A stretch of 64,000 nt of DNA. Origin: Takakia lepidozioides (lineage: Eukaryota; Plantae; Bryophyta). A model generated the notes under the pieces. The model searched no databases and was not told where the DNA came from. It saw only the letters and a program-made list of their open reading frames with translations. Shown here piece after piece: positions 1-14,410 of this stretch. Position numbers and translations under genes: made by a program. Position 1 is the stretch's first letter, and every line of letters begins with the position of its first letter. The DNA is taken from positions 73,036,001 through 73,100,000 of the forward strand of contig CM060733.1 in assembly GCA_030704615.1 (NCBI GenBank). Reading direction: 5' to 3'.

Positions 1-300
1 TATTCCCGCAGACTTTCTACCGTGCCCCTATTCTTGCGGGTATTTGCCCCCAGACCTCTCGGCCCAATGTCTGTAATTGGCAACGACTACATAGGTTCGG
101 CAACTACCGAACCTAATTTTGAGTAACCGAACCTACGGAATGTTGCACTTACTGATGGTGCACCTGCCCTTTTTCAACTTCAAATGCTGTCGGAATTGCG
201 GTTGGAAATCCAAATATGGAGGAATATTCCTTGGATATTTGGCTGCTCATGCCTAATTCTGCTCATGCTCATGCTCACCCCTCATGCAAAGTACACACCC
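1..300. mobile_element. Right end of a MULE-derived element (same family as 46591-47409), abutting the family C LTR
   Basis: Ends GCTCATGCTCATGCTCACCCCTCATGCAAAGTACACACCC. 85-140 (GACTAC..AGGTTCGG..CCGAACCTA) matches 47183-47237. Confidence 0.7.
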
Positions 301-857
301 GTGGTGGGGGCTCCACGAGGGGTGGTGGTAGCGTAGGGAGTCGTAATGGGGGTGACATAGGACTCATCATGAGGCTGAGGCCCTGTGGTGGGAGTCGTGG
401 GGAGTCTTGGGACTCCCACGGTCCATTGGGGCCGTGGTGGGTGGGCCAAGACTCACTGCGGCTCACCACAGGGACGATCGAGGGTCTAAGTGGTGGTGCA
501 CCAGATTTGGACTTGGCTACTTGTGGAACCCCCGTGGACACCTATAGAAGTATATATAGGGAGTAGTAACCCCGAGAACGGTGCAAGCCCGTTGGTGACC
601 AAAAACTAGTGAGTAAGCGTGCGAGCCGGAAAGCGACCAAGGTGTGGGGAGCTGTTCCGGACTGCCATCTACCAAAGGGAATTTCCATTGAGCCCAACAG
701 GTCGAGGGGTCGAGTGGGAGTGTGAGGGGGACCGTTATGCCCCGGTAAGCAGCCGAAACTCCGAGTTGGCCCGGCGGCCAGTTTGGGAGTTAGGCGTGCG
801 CATCAAAGCGAATAACTATGACTTGAAGGGGAGCTTACCAAAGTGAGGTGCGCGACA
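301..857 (+). repeat. Partial 5' LTR of gypsy family C
   Basis: Ends ...GCGCGACA, followed by CT and the PBS. Its left part is cut by the MULE end. Confidence 0.75.
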
Positions 858-859
858 CT

Positions 860-871
860 TGGTATCAGAGC
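860..871 (+). promoter_or_regulatory. Primer-binding site, tRNA-iMet (TGGTATCAGAGC)
   Basis: Canonical plant Met PBS 2 nt after the LTR CA. Confidence 0.92.
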
Positions 872-912
872 TTAGAGTTCAGTACGCAATCGTCCTTAAG
901 ATTGACCTCACC

Positions 913-3223
913 ATGGGGTCGGGCAAGAAAGAGATGATCCAGGTGAGCCCGATGGGGGCGACGTGTCTCCGAAGCGGCAAATGGAAGAGGCGATTTATGC
1001 TTCTGAAAGCGAGGCCGTTCAAGAACGGGAGAAATTTGGGGAGTCGGAGCCCGAGGACTTCCCAGAGGCTCCGCCAGACCAACAGATGCCTCCCATGCCA
1101 GTAGCCTTTTGGGAAGGGTTGTTGGCGCAGTTTGGCGGGACGTTGAAAGACTTGATGAGGGCGGCTAATGCCACTTCCACTAAGGCGAAGTTCAAGGTGA
1201 AGCCTAAGGAACCAGGCACCTTTGAGGGCGTCCAAAATCGGAAGACACTCAACACCTGGCTCTTGGAGCTGGAGCAGTACTTCCGGGCGGCCAAGTTGAG
1301 TGACGAGGATCGGGTGGAAGTGGCTCCCACCTATTTGAGGGGCTATGCTCAACAATGGTGGCAGAAGCGCCTTCATGACCAAGGGCCAAACCCAGAAACC
1401 TTGAGCTGGAGTGGGTTCAAGGAACTTATGAAAAGACAGTTTGTGCCCCTCAACGCGTCCTAGCTTGTCCGGGACAAGATGAGGAACTTGAAGCAAACAG
1501 ATGACATTCGGGGATATGTTCAGGCTTTCAATATGTTGTTGCTCGAAGTTGCAGATATGGCGGAACCAGAAATGGTCTTCAACTTTGTGGCGGGACTGGC
1601 CCCATGGGCCAGGCGGAAGTTGGAGGAGAGGCCACCAAAGACTTTGAACGAGGCAATTGAAAGGGCTGAATGTTTCTCGGATGTCCCTACGGGCGACAGA
1701 CAAGGCCGTACGGAGCTGAATCACAAGAAGGTCCGGCGGGAGGGTGACTCCTTCCAACCGGAAAAGAAATGGGATAGGCCACGCGGCGACAATGGCACAT
1801 GGAAATCAAAGGGAGGGCCTTTGCACGTCAAGGCGGCGCCCGGTGCTCCGAAAGGAAAATCAGATGCAGCGGCTTATGGTGGACAAAAGGCGACCTTTGA
1901 TGGGGTGTGCTTTAATTGCAGGGAGCCCGGGCACATGGCCAAGAAGTACACAAAACCTCGACAATTGAACATGACTCGGGCGACCATGGAGCTGTCCGAA
2001 GACTCCATCAGCCGCTTGGTGGAGGCGGTGGTCGCCAAGACTGGCAAGGTAGGCAACTACTCTTGTGAGTTGTATCAGGAGACGGGAGCCTTGTGTAAAG
2101 GGAGTCAGTTAATGTTTATGAGCGGGATAATTTCCGGAACTAACGTGTCATTGTTGGTGGACACAGGAGCGTCGCACTCCTTCATGACACCGGCAACAGC
2201 ACGGAAGCTGGGGCTCCCGACAAGTGATGTGGGGGCCTCTATTGAAGTGCGTTCTCCCAAAGAACCACAACTGGCGACGAGGGTGGCATTCGATGTTCCT
2301 CTTCAGTTGGGGAGTTAGGAGGGACGTGACAACTTCACCATTTGCGAGATCAAATGAGTGGATCTCATTTTGGGGATGACCTTTATGGGAAAATCCGGAG
2401 CGGTCATAGATGGCCGCAAGAGAATAGTCACGCTACCGTGTGGGAATGGTGGCAAAGTTTTACGGGTGTCGGAAATGCCCAACCGAGTGGGAGGGCAAAT
2501 AAACCTACTGACAGCAAAGGAGTGGGCCGTGGAGGAGCCACACGAGCCCCAGTTTTTGCTTTACGTGAGACAAGTGGAAGGAGAAGTCGAAAGAGAGCCG
2601 AGCCAAGATTGGATCAAGGGGATCCTGGAGAAATACCAGGATGTGATGCCGGAGGATTTACCAAGCGGCTTGCCACCGTGAAGAGGAGTTGACCACAAGA
2701 TAGAGGTGATGTCGGGATTGGAGCCGCCTGCCAAGGCGCCCTACCGGTTGAGCCACAGAGAGTTGGTCGAGCTGAAGGCCCAGCTCAAGGATCTAATGGC
2801 AGGGGTACATCCGGCCAAGTAAGTCACCTTATGGAGCCCCGGTACTATTCGCAGATAAGAAGGATGGGACGCTGCGGATGTGTGTCGAATACAGGGCTCT
2901 GAAGGTGACTATCAAAAGCCGGTACCCTTTGCCAAGAATCGACGACCTCTTCGATCGGTTGGCAGGAACAAAGTATTTCAGCCAGATCGATTTATGCTCG
3001 GGTTACCACCAGATCCAGATAGCGGAAGGAAATGAGGAAAGACAGCTTACAAGACAAGGTAATCGTACGAATTTTTAGTGATGCCTTTTGGGCTCACCAA
3101 TGCGCCAACAACCTTTAGCACCTTGATGAACTGCCTCTTTCAGGAGTGGTTGGATGACTTTGTGATCGTGTACATCGACGACATCTTGGTGTACTCGAAA
3201 ACGAAGGAAGAGCACCTGGAGCA
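913..3223 (+). pseudogene. gag-pol: Family C gag-protease-RT (chromovirus-like Ty3/gypsy), truncated by the B1 insertion
   Basis: Gag WL.ELEQYF..A..WW, degenerate knuckle CFNCREPGH, protease [34 protein letters not shown] and YIDD. Contains stops and frameshifts. Confidence 0.9.
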
Positions 3224-4836
3224 TGTTAACCGCGGGTTTATGACTTAGACAAAACAGGCTATCAGCACTACTGCCCATTTCCTAAGACATGCAACAGAGG
3301 TTGTCCGACGGTATGCTTTCAGAAACGATTACGAAGTAATTGTTTTAAGGATAGCTAAACCATGCACATCGTATGAATTCATCTCCCTGGAGGCTGCTTA
3401 ATCCTATTGATTAAGCTCAACTTACAGTCTCTTTGGCATGAAAGATCTTAATCGAAAAGACTAAAGTCGTTTCGTTCATATAAACAATTGATAATCAAGG
3501 CAAAACAAGAATTATACTGAGAGGATACACATTCTCACCATCTCACGTTCTCTCATAATGCACACTCTCTCCATCTCACGTTCACTCTACACAGAGATAC
3601 CTCGAATAGCATGTCTTTACTTCAGAGTTCGTCATATCATCACAGAAGTACACATTGAATCACTCTGAGTCCCTGAATACACACTGATCACTGATACTCA
3701 TATTGCTCTCCCTCTAAGTTGCGTGCAGCCTTTTTATACTATGCTCGAAAGAGCCGTTACAGTCTGCGGTCGTTAATGATCGTTTGCCTAACTGCCTATG
3801 CAACCTAAAAGGTTTGCTAAAAAAGTGGCTCATTGCAGTGGTCGTGAGCCATAGTCGTGAGCCATAGTTAAAGGTCTAACGTGCCGATGCTAACGTGTGT
3901 GTGATATCACGGCCCACGGTCACTACACTACCCACTACTGCTCCCGTGGTAATGTACCCTTGTTCCGCCATTTGCTAAGTACCGCGTACTTAGCCGTTTC
4001 TGCCCGTGACCAGGTAGTGTTCATTCATCACTACCCGGTATGTCCCGTTGTGACCCTCGCTGTCTGGCCCTCGTAGCATAGCCGTTATTATTTATTCCCC
4101 CCCTCTTTTGAAATTGTGTCCGCACAATTTTGTCAGTTCCTGTGCTTGCTGTATCTCTTGGGGATGTAGGGTGGTGGCATGCCCGTTTGCGGGGAAGGAA
4201 GTATGTCCCAAGATTGTCGTGGTGGCAGCTTCTTGTTCCTGTTGTCGTCACTATCTGGTTGCTCCTGTGGTTCATGAGTACGCCAGCTTTCGTCATCAGG
4301 GTGTTCTGCTATTCCATCCCCTCGTATCATGTCGATTTTGGTGGTCAAGGTTTCTCGGTAGGTTTGGAGCTCCTCCTTGGTCCAGGGTATAATGTGTTTA
4401 GTCGCCTTGCTGCCCATTAATCAGTTAACAGCTTGGATCCCTGTTTCTCTGAAAGGGTGGTCTCTCTCCTCTTATTCTGGAATTGGTGGCAGGAACTCCT
4501 CATGAATGTCTGTCACCAACTTCGCCAATTGACATTTCATCTGCCTCACCATTGCCCTGTTGAGTTTCTTCATCTCCAGTTCACTCCCTTCATTCAACCA
4601 GGCTATGGCTAAGGCTGCATCTGCTGCATCCAACCCTGCTTGCAATGTCAGCTTCTCCAGCTGCTGCTTCCATTCCTGTTCATTGCCCATGGCAATGTCT
4701 CTTTCTGTGGTGGCTGTAAACAGCCTGCTCTCAGCATTCTCCCTTTCCCTCAGCAGTGTAGTGTTGTTGTTGAGCCAGCAGTGTAGTGTTGTTGTTGAGC
4801 CACTTGGTTCCCTGATCTCTGACAGTCCTCAGCTGC
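3224..4836 (-). mobile_element. Family B copy B1, 3' part: 3' LTR (~3224-4090), PPT (~4094-4110) and internally deleted ORF3 remnant (4133-4836)
   Basis: TGTTAACC terminus at 3224 interrupts the C RT. LTR matches 48550-49178 and 60659-61024. 4472-4836 matches ORF 47638-48126. Confidence 0.85.
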
Positions 4837-5905
4837 TGTCGCGCGGCTTTTACTCACCCATCCCTTCGCTATCCGAGGCGGAAACTCCAAGATAGAAGAG
4901 TTGGAAATCTCTAAGTACTCAGCCCGCGCAGAACAATCAGTCATGACCTACAGCTAGTGTATCATGGGGGTGTTTCCTATTTGTTTCCTTTTCCGCATTC
5001 ATCTTAGCTACCTTACCATTGATAATTAAGTATCAGTTTGCTTCATCAATTTATCGGTTTCCTTCACTCCTCCATTCAATCCACAGCTTCACTCAGATCT
5101 CTCTACACAGTGTGATTGTATCGTATAAGTATCAGATTATGATTTATCAGGTATCAGGCCGAAGCCATTGTGTCTCTATTCTCCTCTACAATATCCCTAC
5201 AGCTTTGCATATAACAAGCATCTACTAATCCTCTTTCCTCCTTCATCGTGCTCACCGACTTCCGCTCCCGTATGACTCCGAAATCCTCCTTCCCGAATAA
5301 TAATCCTCCTCTTCATTCCCCGTTCTCCCTTTATCCTCCTATCCGCGGTTCTAACCGTTTCCCTCTCTAACCGTCGTATGTGAACTAACATGTTCCCTTC
5401 ACAGGTGTTGTTCCCCACAGTCGTTCCCTGTCCTACTCTTCGTTCCCTATTATCGTGACAGCTGTGTCAAGCGGTGACTGGCTGTGTTTGGCTGTGTCGG
5501 GCTGTGACTGGCTGTGTGGCTGTGCCGGGCTGTGACTGGCTGTGTGGGCTGTGTGGGCTGTGACGACTGTGACGGGCTATGTGGGCTGTGACGCTGTGTG
5601 GGCTGTGTGGGCTGTGTGTGTCGACTGTGTTTGGCTGTGTCAGGCTGTGACGGGCTGGTCGGCTGTGTCGGGCTGTGATGAGCTGTGTGGGCTGTGATGT
5701 GTGTGGGCTGTGTGGGCTGTGTCGACTGTGACGACTGTGACGGGCTGTGTTGGCTGTGTCGGCTTGACGACGTGACGGGTGTGTAACCCCCCTCTACATG
5801 CGCTGCTGTCACCCCTAAGGCTCCTGTTGGTCTCAGTCTGTGCAAAAATTAAGGGTACCCTACAGATCCCATATAAGTGTCTAAGTCCCCTACAGTCCTC
5901 TAACA
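4837..5905 (-). repeat. A1 3' LTR with internal ACACAGCC-type array (~5455-5780)
   Basis: TGTTAGAGG...CGCGACA in element sense, preceded by PPT GAGGGAGGAAGGGG (~5910-5923). Confidence 0.9.
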
Positions 5906-5944
5906 TTTACCCCTTCCTCCCTCAAAAAGCCGTGTCCTCACGGT

Positions 5945-8900
5945 TTACTGTTTCCGAGTAGCAACCCTTTGTGAGTGAGCTCCTTGTTGACGTTGAGAGT
6001 TTCGTGGCGGGCTGTGTGTACGAGCCCGAGGTCTGTCTCTGGTTGACGGAGATGGTTGATCATTACCTGGATAAGTGAGGCCTTCTGGAGGCTGATATCG
6101 AGGTAATCTTTCCGGCATAGGAGATCCCCTTTGTTTCTTCTCTTCCATCTGAATTGCATAGTCTTCTCCCATGTCAAAAGAATTCTGTGAAGAAACAGTT
6201 GTATCAGAATCCTCATCGCCCTCTCAGGTGTTTTAATTTTGAACTTTTTGTGGAATCATCTTGGGCATACAATGCTGTCCTACCATGTCTGGAAGTTTGC
6301 ATTTTACAACCTGGTGTAACCGTTGAACAGCAAAATTGGTGTAGACACTGAGCTCCTTGTCTGTCCAAATGAGTGGTGGTACCAATTACTGGTGCAGCGT
6401 GCAAGTATTTCCATGCGATATGTCCCTTATAGAAAATGTCATCAAGTCCGAATTTCTGTGTTGACAAATGTTGCAGGCTGCTTGAAACCATGAACGAATT
6501 TGAGAATCCTTCTGTATCATAACTTTTGGGTCATATAGGTACATATGAGGTGGCACCGAAGGTAATACCCAATGATCTCCACTGGAGTAACTTTGAAAGC
6601 GTGCTTGCATCTTTTGTTGCTCAATGTGGTAACGTATCAGAAAACAAGCAGCGTAGTATAGCCCGCACCCCATGACAATACTTGCTATTCCTTGGTCTTG
6701 GTATAAATGAGTCCATGTACAACCTGGAAAGCAACCAATTCCCTCAACATGGTACCTGCCTCGTGCCAGTATTGTGCAAAGTGATGATCTTCAATATGTC
6801 GATTGTTTGGAAGAACTTTAGTCCTGGTTGCCACTGGCAGCCAAATACGCATGATTTGGTAGTAATGTGCGAATGACTGCGGAGGACTAAATTCTTTCCA
6901 AGCCAAATCCAACATGATGGGAATTTGGTTGAAGGGCATAATCATAGCCCTACTGTACTCCCTGGCAGCTGGAGTTTTAGGTGGGTTAAAAGCTGCATTG
7001 CCCCATACCTCCGGCTGTGGTGGCTGTGGTGTGGTTGTAGTAACCACAGGTTCAGCTACTGGTACACTGACCTGTTGTGGTGGTGGTGGTACTGGTTCCT
7101 GTACCATTGGCATCTCCTGCACCTCCTGTGAAGACTGAAAAGCCAGAGTTCTGGCTTGCAAATAAGAAGCCATTAGCTGTTCCTGAGGGATATAGACTCT
7201 TTGGTCGATGTTTGAAGTGAGGTCTTCCACTTGAGTCTGGAGTCCGTCTACATCCTCTTGTAACTCTGCTATCCTACTATAGACATTGTCTATAGTAGTT
7301 GTGGCAATGTTCTGCACCTGCAGTCTGAGCTCATTCATCTCGCTTTGGGTGAGCTTCCGTGGGGCTTTGCCTTCTACTGGCCCTTGTGCTAACCAGACCT
7401 GCATAAGGCTGTTATCCACCAAGCTGCTTGTGGTTCCCCTGAGAGTTTGCTCCTCTCTTAGCTTATACAATTCCAACTGCTGTTGTAAAGCCTTCATGCG
7501 CTTCGCCTGTGGCTCAACCAATTGCGCATAGGCAGCAAGTAGATTATTGGCTTCCTTCGAAGCCTTGTTACTGACCGCGATTTCATTTCTATTGGCCACG
7601 ATGGTTTGTTGCAACTCCACGATGTATTTCTCTTGCTCAGCTTCCATCTGCCTGTATTGCTTGAAAGTATCTTCATTGCGACAGATTGTATTCTTCATAT
7701 CGACAATGAGCTTCATGTGCTCCACATTCTCTTCTTCTGCCTTCGTACATTTTTCCGCTTGACTGTTTATTTCTTTTGTGATTGGTCAAGCATAGTTGTA
7801 AATGTAGCGCATTGTATCGCCATCCTGTTATGCACTGTCTGCAACTCCGTATGTAGTGCATTCAGTTCTTGCAACTTGCTTTCATGCTGCACCTGCATTT
7901 GGTATAGCTGTTGCTTATGTGCTTCGTGCAACTGGTCTTGCGCGAGGCCTGCCTCAATCAATTGTTGCTTGGCCAATTGCAAAGCCATTTCTGTATTGGC
8001 CAAGTCCTGCTTCATCTTGAGAGTGACCTCTTCATCGACCTTGTTTGCACACTCAGTGGCAAGTCGAGCCTCAAACTCCTTCCTGAGTTCTTCTTTCAAG
8101 GCTGTCAATTGGGTAATTGGAACATGGGTTTTGACATAAGTCCCCAACAAATTAAGTGTCCTGCCTATGGAACTCATCAGCATTGCCTGTTGAGGGTCAT
8201 CATGGTGAGGTTGCTGCTGTTCCTCCTGATCTTCAACAGAGTATGATGTCTCACTAACCATTCAGACCATTGTCCCACCGGATTTTCTTCCTGAACTACT
8301 TCATTTATGACCGGTGCTACAGTGTCATGGCCTTCCGCCTGTGGTACCTCCGACACAGGTGTGTGCATTATATGTACCTCAGGATTTCTCTTGGGCAACT
8401 GTTGCACCTCTGGGATTTCTGTCTCCTTGACCAGACCAGAATATTCATAGAGAAGGTCCCCTTTCTCTATTTCTGCCACTATCTGTTCTGTAGTTGGAAT
8501 ATCTATCCCTTCACTTTCCAAATCAATTATTTCGGGTTGAGCTGCATGGATAACTTGTGACCTTGTGACAAGTCGTTCAAGTGGCTGTGTTGGTTGTGAT
8601 GCAGAAGTAACTTCTTCCTCCCTCTCTGAAGGTCCTGCTTCCAGTAATAACATTCTTTTGTGCTGCTGTGCCCCTTCCTGGTCATGAGCTTGGGAAACAT
8701 TATCATGCGGAATCCGTGAAGCCAGTGGATCCGCCACTACAGTCTTTCCCCTTCTCTGCCTCTTAGTCTCGGGTTGTGCTGCTAGTCCACCCTCACTGTG
8801 TGAAGAGCCTTGCTCTTCCATTGCAGTTGTTTCTGGCTCAAACACTCCCATTTCCTTCCTTTCTTGTGCATTAAGTATGCCAGAATCAAGGATTATTTGA

Positions 8901-9494
8901 GCAATGATTGGGCCAGACACTATGATAGGAGATTTTGCGGTAGTACCTTGTAATCTTTTCATCTCCTCTACCAGTGCGTTGTACATTATGTCCGCCCATG
9001 TACCTCTTGTCCCTTCAAGCCTTTGAGGATTTCCTCTGTGAAGGATCTGCTCAAATATTGTTGGTTCTGTTTCAGGGCAATCAGAACGTTCAATACTTGG
9101 CCTATGTCTTTTAACCCTGGGTACACAGCTTTGGTACAAGCATAACCCTGAGTTTTAAAGAAACTCCCTTCTTGGAATAAATCCCCTATTTGCAGTCTTT
9201 CCCTGTGTTCCTCCACATACACATGACCTGCTGGCAATCGAAACAATTGCTGGAGGTATAGGGGAGTAATCATTAATTCAACTCCCTTCACCGTTGTTGT
9301 TCCTGTCTTTGGCTCAAAGTTCTGCAAAAATTGTAACATGTACTGTCTATGGTGTAGTGTCCAATCCATGCTTTGCAATCCTTCCAATCTCAGCTCCTTC
9401 AGTATCTTTATCGCCTGTGGGGTAGCCATCGTTTTTTCTGCAGAATTGTGGTGCTCTTCACCCTGATTTCCTCCATTCCTCTCACTCTCTTCAT
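5945..9494 (-). CDS. A1 ORF3, large accessory protein (split by 1-bp frameshifts)
   Basis: ORF pieces 8986-9429, 8177-9139, 7767-8261, 6685-7725, 6386-6673 and 5945-6172 are colinear with A3 30043-33595. Confidence 0.8.
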
Positions 9495-10179
9495 CTTAGA
9501 CTCACAGAACTGCTTTGGCTGTAACAACTGCAGGAATGCCTGTAGTGCACAAAGCATAAACGTATGGTTGCCGCAGAAAGCTATGGGTAATCTCTTGTAA
9601 GCCTGCGGGGCTTGCAAGCATTGTTCAAGAGAAAAGCTCTGCTCTGTCGTTTCGTGTCTATGCCACTGCGTAAGTAATATTGCGAGCGTATAGTCTGTTA
9701 GTTCCTCCATAGTTTCCAAGTTATAGCATTTATGGCCTGTCCTGTCGAGACGCCCGTTACTCAGAACGACGCCGCCTCTTGCGCTCAATTTCCCTCCATT
9801 TTCTTGATCATTTTTCTGGTTTCTATTGGCTGTATCCGCTGTGACTGGATTTTAACTTTTATCTTCTTTAGTGGACTTTCCCTGTTGGATAGTCCACTAG
9901 GATCACACATGCGACATGAATTCGGCTTTTCTGTACTTGCCGTTCGTTCTGTTTCCCTTTTTCCGTATTCATTAATGGGCCCGCCTTTCATCCCTTTTGA
10001 CGGCCGTTCTTGTCTCTCTTTCTTTTTGACACCTGTCCTTGCACTTCATTCTCTGCTGTGTGTCGCACCCTGACCTCCACGTGTCTATTTTTAAATAATT
10101 TCCGTTTCTTCTTCCTTCAGCCATTTTCCTGAAGTTTTATGTGTCCACTTGTCACTGATTCTATGGATCGTGTAACTTT

Positions 10180-10480
10180 AGTAGGCTGTGTTGAGCTGTG
10201 ACAGGCTGTGTTGTGTTGTGTTTGTGTCATATGTGTTACGCTGTGTGTATGTGATAGGCTGTGTGCACTGTGGTAAGTGTGATAGGCTGTGACACGCTGC
10301 GGTAGGGTGTGATAGGCTGTGTCACGTCGTGACGGGCTGTGATGTGATGGCTGTGTCACGCCGTGATGGGCTGTGATAGGCTGTGTCACGCCGTGATGGG
10401 CTGTGATAGGCTGTGTCACGCCGTGATGGGCTGTGATAGGCTGTGTTGCGCCTTGCTGGGCTGTGATAGGCTGTGTCACG
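10180..10480 (-). repeat. 30-bp tandem array between pol and ORF3 (A1)
   Basis: Unit CTGTGTCACGCCGTGATGGGCTGTGATAGG with 10-bp sub-periodicity. Confidence 0.9.
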
Positions 10481-13400
10481 TTTGTTTTGCCCACCTCGGT
10501 CATATATACTGGGCCTAGCGACAAGTGTTCCATACTCCGTTCGTAACACTGGTGCAGCCCGTGACTGCTCTTGCGGTTCAACATGCAAATCATGCTGCAG
10601 GGGTTTGTCATGGATACCACTGTACCCCTTCAACTTATTTGCATTGACTCTTCCCAGCATTTCTTTGTTAATGGTTTGTAACATGGCTGTGTTGTTATCA
10701 TACATCTTTTGTATGACATAAGGTCCTTTCCATGGTGATTTAAGCTTAGAAGCTTGAATCTTTCCTTTCTTCTGCAACCATAGAACCAAATCCCCCGTCT
10801 TAAAAGTCTTTAACTTGCCTTCATCAAACTGTTCCTTTCGCTTCATCTGAATTCTGGTCATATTATCAGCTGCATCAGCACGTACTTCTTCCACATGGTA
10901 TAATTCATGTTTCCTGACCTTGATGGAGTCTTGCAATTCCATTCTTTTTCCCCACTCCGTTCTCATGGTAGGTAACAGGAATTCCACTGGAAGTAAGGCT
11001 TCCATACCATAAACTAATTGGAATGGTGTATACTTTGTGGTGACTTTATACGAAGTCCTGTATGACCATAAAGCTGTCAGCAGCTTTGTATCCCAATCCG
11101 TTCTGTTTGCATTGACTATCTTAGCCAAGATAGTACATAGTATTTTGTTGGTAGCCTCTGCCTGTCCATTACCCTGTGGGTAATATGTTGTACTCTTTCT
11201 ATGCACAATCATAAACTCTTTAGTCAATAACTCAATGGTCTCATTCATGAAGTGACTTCCTTGATCACTGATAAATTCTAAGGGACATCCAAATCGTGTA
11301 AGTATGTTCTCGTACAGGAACCTTGCTGTGGACTTGGCTGTGTTGTCCCTCAAAGCTTTAGCTTCCACCCACTTTGTAGTATAATCAGTGGCTGTAATTA
11401 TGTACCTGTTTTGTGTATTCTTGGATGGTGGATTAATTGGTCCAACAAAGTCTAGTCCCCATTTCTGAAATGGTTCCGTAGGCATTGTAGGATGCAAGGC
11501 CATTCTTCCAGATCTCTGCAAAGGTCCTAGCCTCTGACATTCATCACACTTCTGACAATACTCATGTACATCTTTGAACAAAGTAGGCCACCAGTATCCT
11601 GCGAGTAGTATCTTTCTACTGGTAGTCTCTTCTCCAAAATGACCTCCAGCCACTCCTTTATGAACTTCCTCCAAGACTTTATTTACTTCATGGTGGTACA
11701 AGCATCGTTTTAGTACCCCATCAGGTCCTAACTTATACATTCTGCTTCCTACCATAGTATAAGGTAAAGCTTTGATAGCGATTCTCTTCCTCTGCCTTAC
11801 CATAACTAGGTGGGCACTGACCATGAGCAAGGTAGTATCTGATTGGCCACTGCCAATCTAACCATTCATCTGCACTCCTTGCACCTCCATTACAAATAAA
11901 CTCGCATCAGGTAACTGATCGTCCACTCCTGTGGCGGCCTCTCCTGTTGTTAGTCGTGACAAATGATCTGCCACAAGATGCAAACGGCCAGGCTTGTAAA
12001 TAACCTCGAACTCAAACTCATGCAAAAGATTATTAACCACCTCGCTATCCTTCCACTTATCAAAGGTTGTTCACCAGATATATCAGAGCCTGGTGATCCA
12101 CATAAAACATAAACTTTCTTCCCAATAGGTAATGCCTGAATTTCTTCACTGCATAGATCATTGCCAATGCTTCTCTTTCCGTTGTGCTATAGTTCCTCTC
12201 AGCACTGTTCATCAACCGGCTAGCATAGTACACAGGTGAATCTATATTCCCTGTAACATTCTGGGCTAACACCGCTCCCAACGCTTCTCCTGATGCATCG
12301 CAGTGAACATGAAATACTACATGCCAGTGAGGGTTAATCAGCACAGGTGTAGTTGTTACTGACAGTGTAAGTTCCTCAAACGCCTGTTGACATTCAGCTG
12401 TCCATGCAAACACTGCATCTTTCTTCAGAAGCTTGCTCAATGGTGCTGCTATTTGTGCATACCTTTTGACAAATCTTCTGTAATAACTGGTTTGCCCAAG
12501 GAATCTCCTTAAACTCTTAACATTCACTGGTGGTGGAGAGGCTTTAATGGACTCTGTCTTCCTGGGATCCACAAGGAGTCCCTTCTTACACACAATGTGT
12601 CCCAGAAGCACCCCTGAGTTCACACAGAAAGTACACTTCTCTGGGTTCAAGCCCAGACCTCTCATCCTGCATCTGGCCAGGCATAACTCCAATTTATGCA
12701 AGTGCTCATTCTTAGAGCTGTACACACTGAAATCATCCAAAAACACCTGCATGAAATCATCCAGATACTCTTGAAAAGATTCACTTATCACTCTCTGAAA
12801 GGTCGCTGGTGCATTACAAAGTCCAAAGGGCATGACTTTGTATGCATAAGCCCCCCAGTCTGTGATGAAAGCTGTTTTCCCTTGGTCTTCTTCTGCCACT
12901 TGCACTTGATTATAACCACTGAAGCCATCCATGAATGAGTACATCTCATGGCCTGCCACAGTGTCTAATACTGCTTCTGTGAATGGCAAAGGGAAGGATC
13001 TTTCTTCGTACAAGCATTCAGCTTCTTATAGTTCACACATACTCTTAGTTTGCCATTCTTCTTTGGAACTATAACAATGGGTGACAACCAAGTTGTATTA
13101 CTCTATTGGGTATATAAACTTAGCCTCAGCCAACTTCTTTATCTCTTCTCCAACCTTCTGTGCGTAGTTGGGATTCATTCTATACCTCGCCTGCTTGATT
13201 GGTACTGACCCTGGTTCCAGTTCAATCTTATGCTGACAGACTTCAGGTGGTATCCCTTTTAGATCCTCATAGCTCCAAGCAAATACATCTCTGTATTTGA
13301 TGAACAAGCTTTTAGCTTCTTCGAAGAACTCCGGCTCCAAATCAGCTCCTACTTTCACCATCTCGGTTCCTCCTGAGTTCCCACATTTACTTCTCTCACC

Positions 13401-14397
13401 TGCTCATCAGCTGTGATTGTCCAACCAGTCACCACTTCATCCTTTAAGCTCACAGTGGCTGGTTCTTCTAGGATTTCTATTCTCCCTCCTTTTCTTCATA
13501 GAAATGTGGTGGGTAACAGTTGGTTTCCTCTTCAATTGGTGTTGCTGTCACTACACCACAGCAGATACCTCTTCAAACAACTTAGGCTTTCCAGCCGCAT
13601 CTCCGCAACCTGCTCCCATCTGGGTGTGCAGCAAATAGGGTAGCTTCCTGCTCCTCATCCAGTCCTCCCCTCCAGTCATACTCTCTGACTCCTCGAGGTC
13701 TTCTTGTAGCAGGTAATCTACTAGATTTCTTTGTGGTAATTTGTATCTCGTGCATCCCATTATGCACAGTTAGTAACTGAGAATTCCAGTCATGGAATAC
13801 CCTGGCCTGTTTCAGCCACGGACGTCCCAATAATAAGGAGTAAGCCTCCATGACTTCATCCATTTTTAATACAGTTACTGTGATCATAAAGATCATTTTC
13901 TGTATCTGTATCTTAACTCCTCTTATTAATCCCAATGGCTGCACACTTCTTTGATCTGCCATTGTTACTGTAAATGGGGCTGGTTTCATGTTACTTAGAC
14001 CAAGCTTCTTCCTTAATTGGTCTGTCATGATATTTACTCCAGAACCACCATCTATCAGTACATCAGTTAGTTCTGTGCTTCCAATTCTCAATTGGATTAC
14101 TGGCATAGAATCATCAAAGTCCATGACTGGTTCTCGCCCTTCCGGCTTCACATATAACTGGTCACCTTGCTGTTCAGGTCTGTGTTTCGTCTCTTGGGCA
14201 ATTCGATTGATTGCCTGATACAGCCTGTGCCTACAATAAGGTGCCACAGCTAATAGCTGTCCAATGGTAATTTCTGCTTTGGTCTGACATATTACTTCAG
14301 CCAAAGTCTCTTCATTACTTTGCATGTCTGCATCTTCTTTTTTCCTTTCTTCCTCACTCCCCTCTTTTTCTCCATCCGAATCAGAGGAATCTGCCAC
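10322..14397 (-). CDS. pol: A1 pol: protease, RT, RNase H, integrase (frameshifted)
   Basis: [71 protein letters not shown]. No chromodomain. Confidence 0.93.
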
Positions 14398-14410
14398 AGG
14401 AATATCAGTA

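Noticed and set aside
879-1757. 292-aa antisense ORF
   Set aside because: Shadow of family C gag with no recognisable motif
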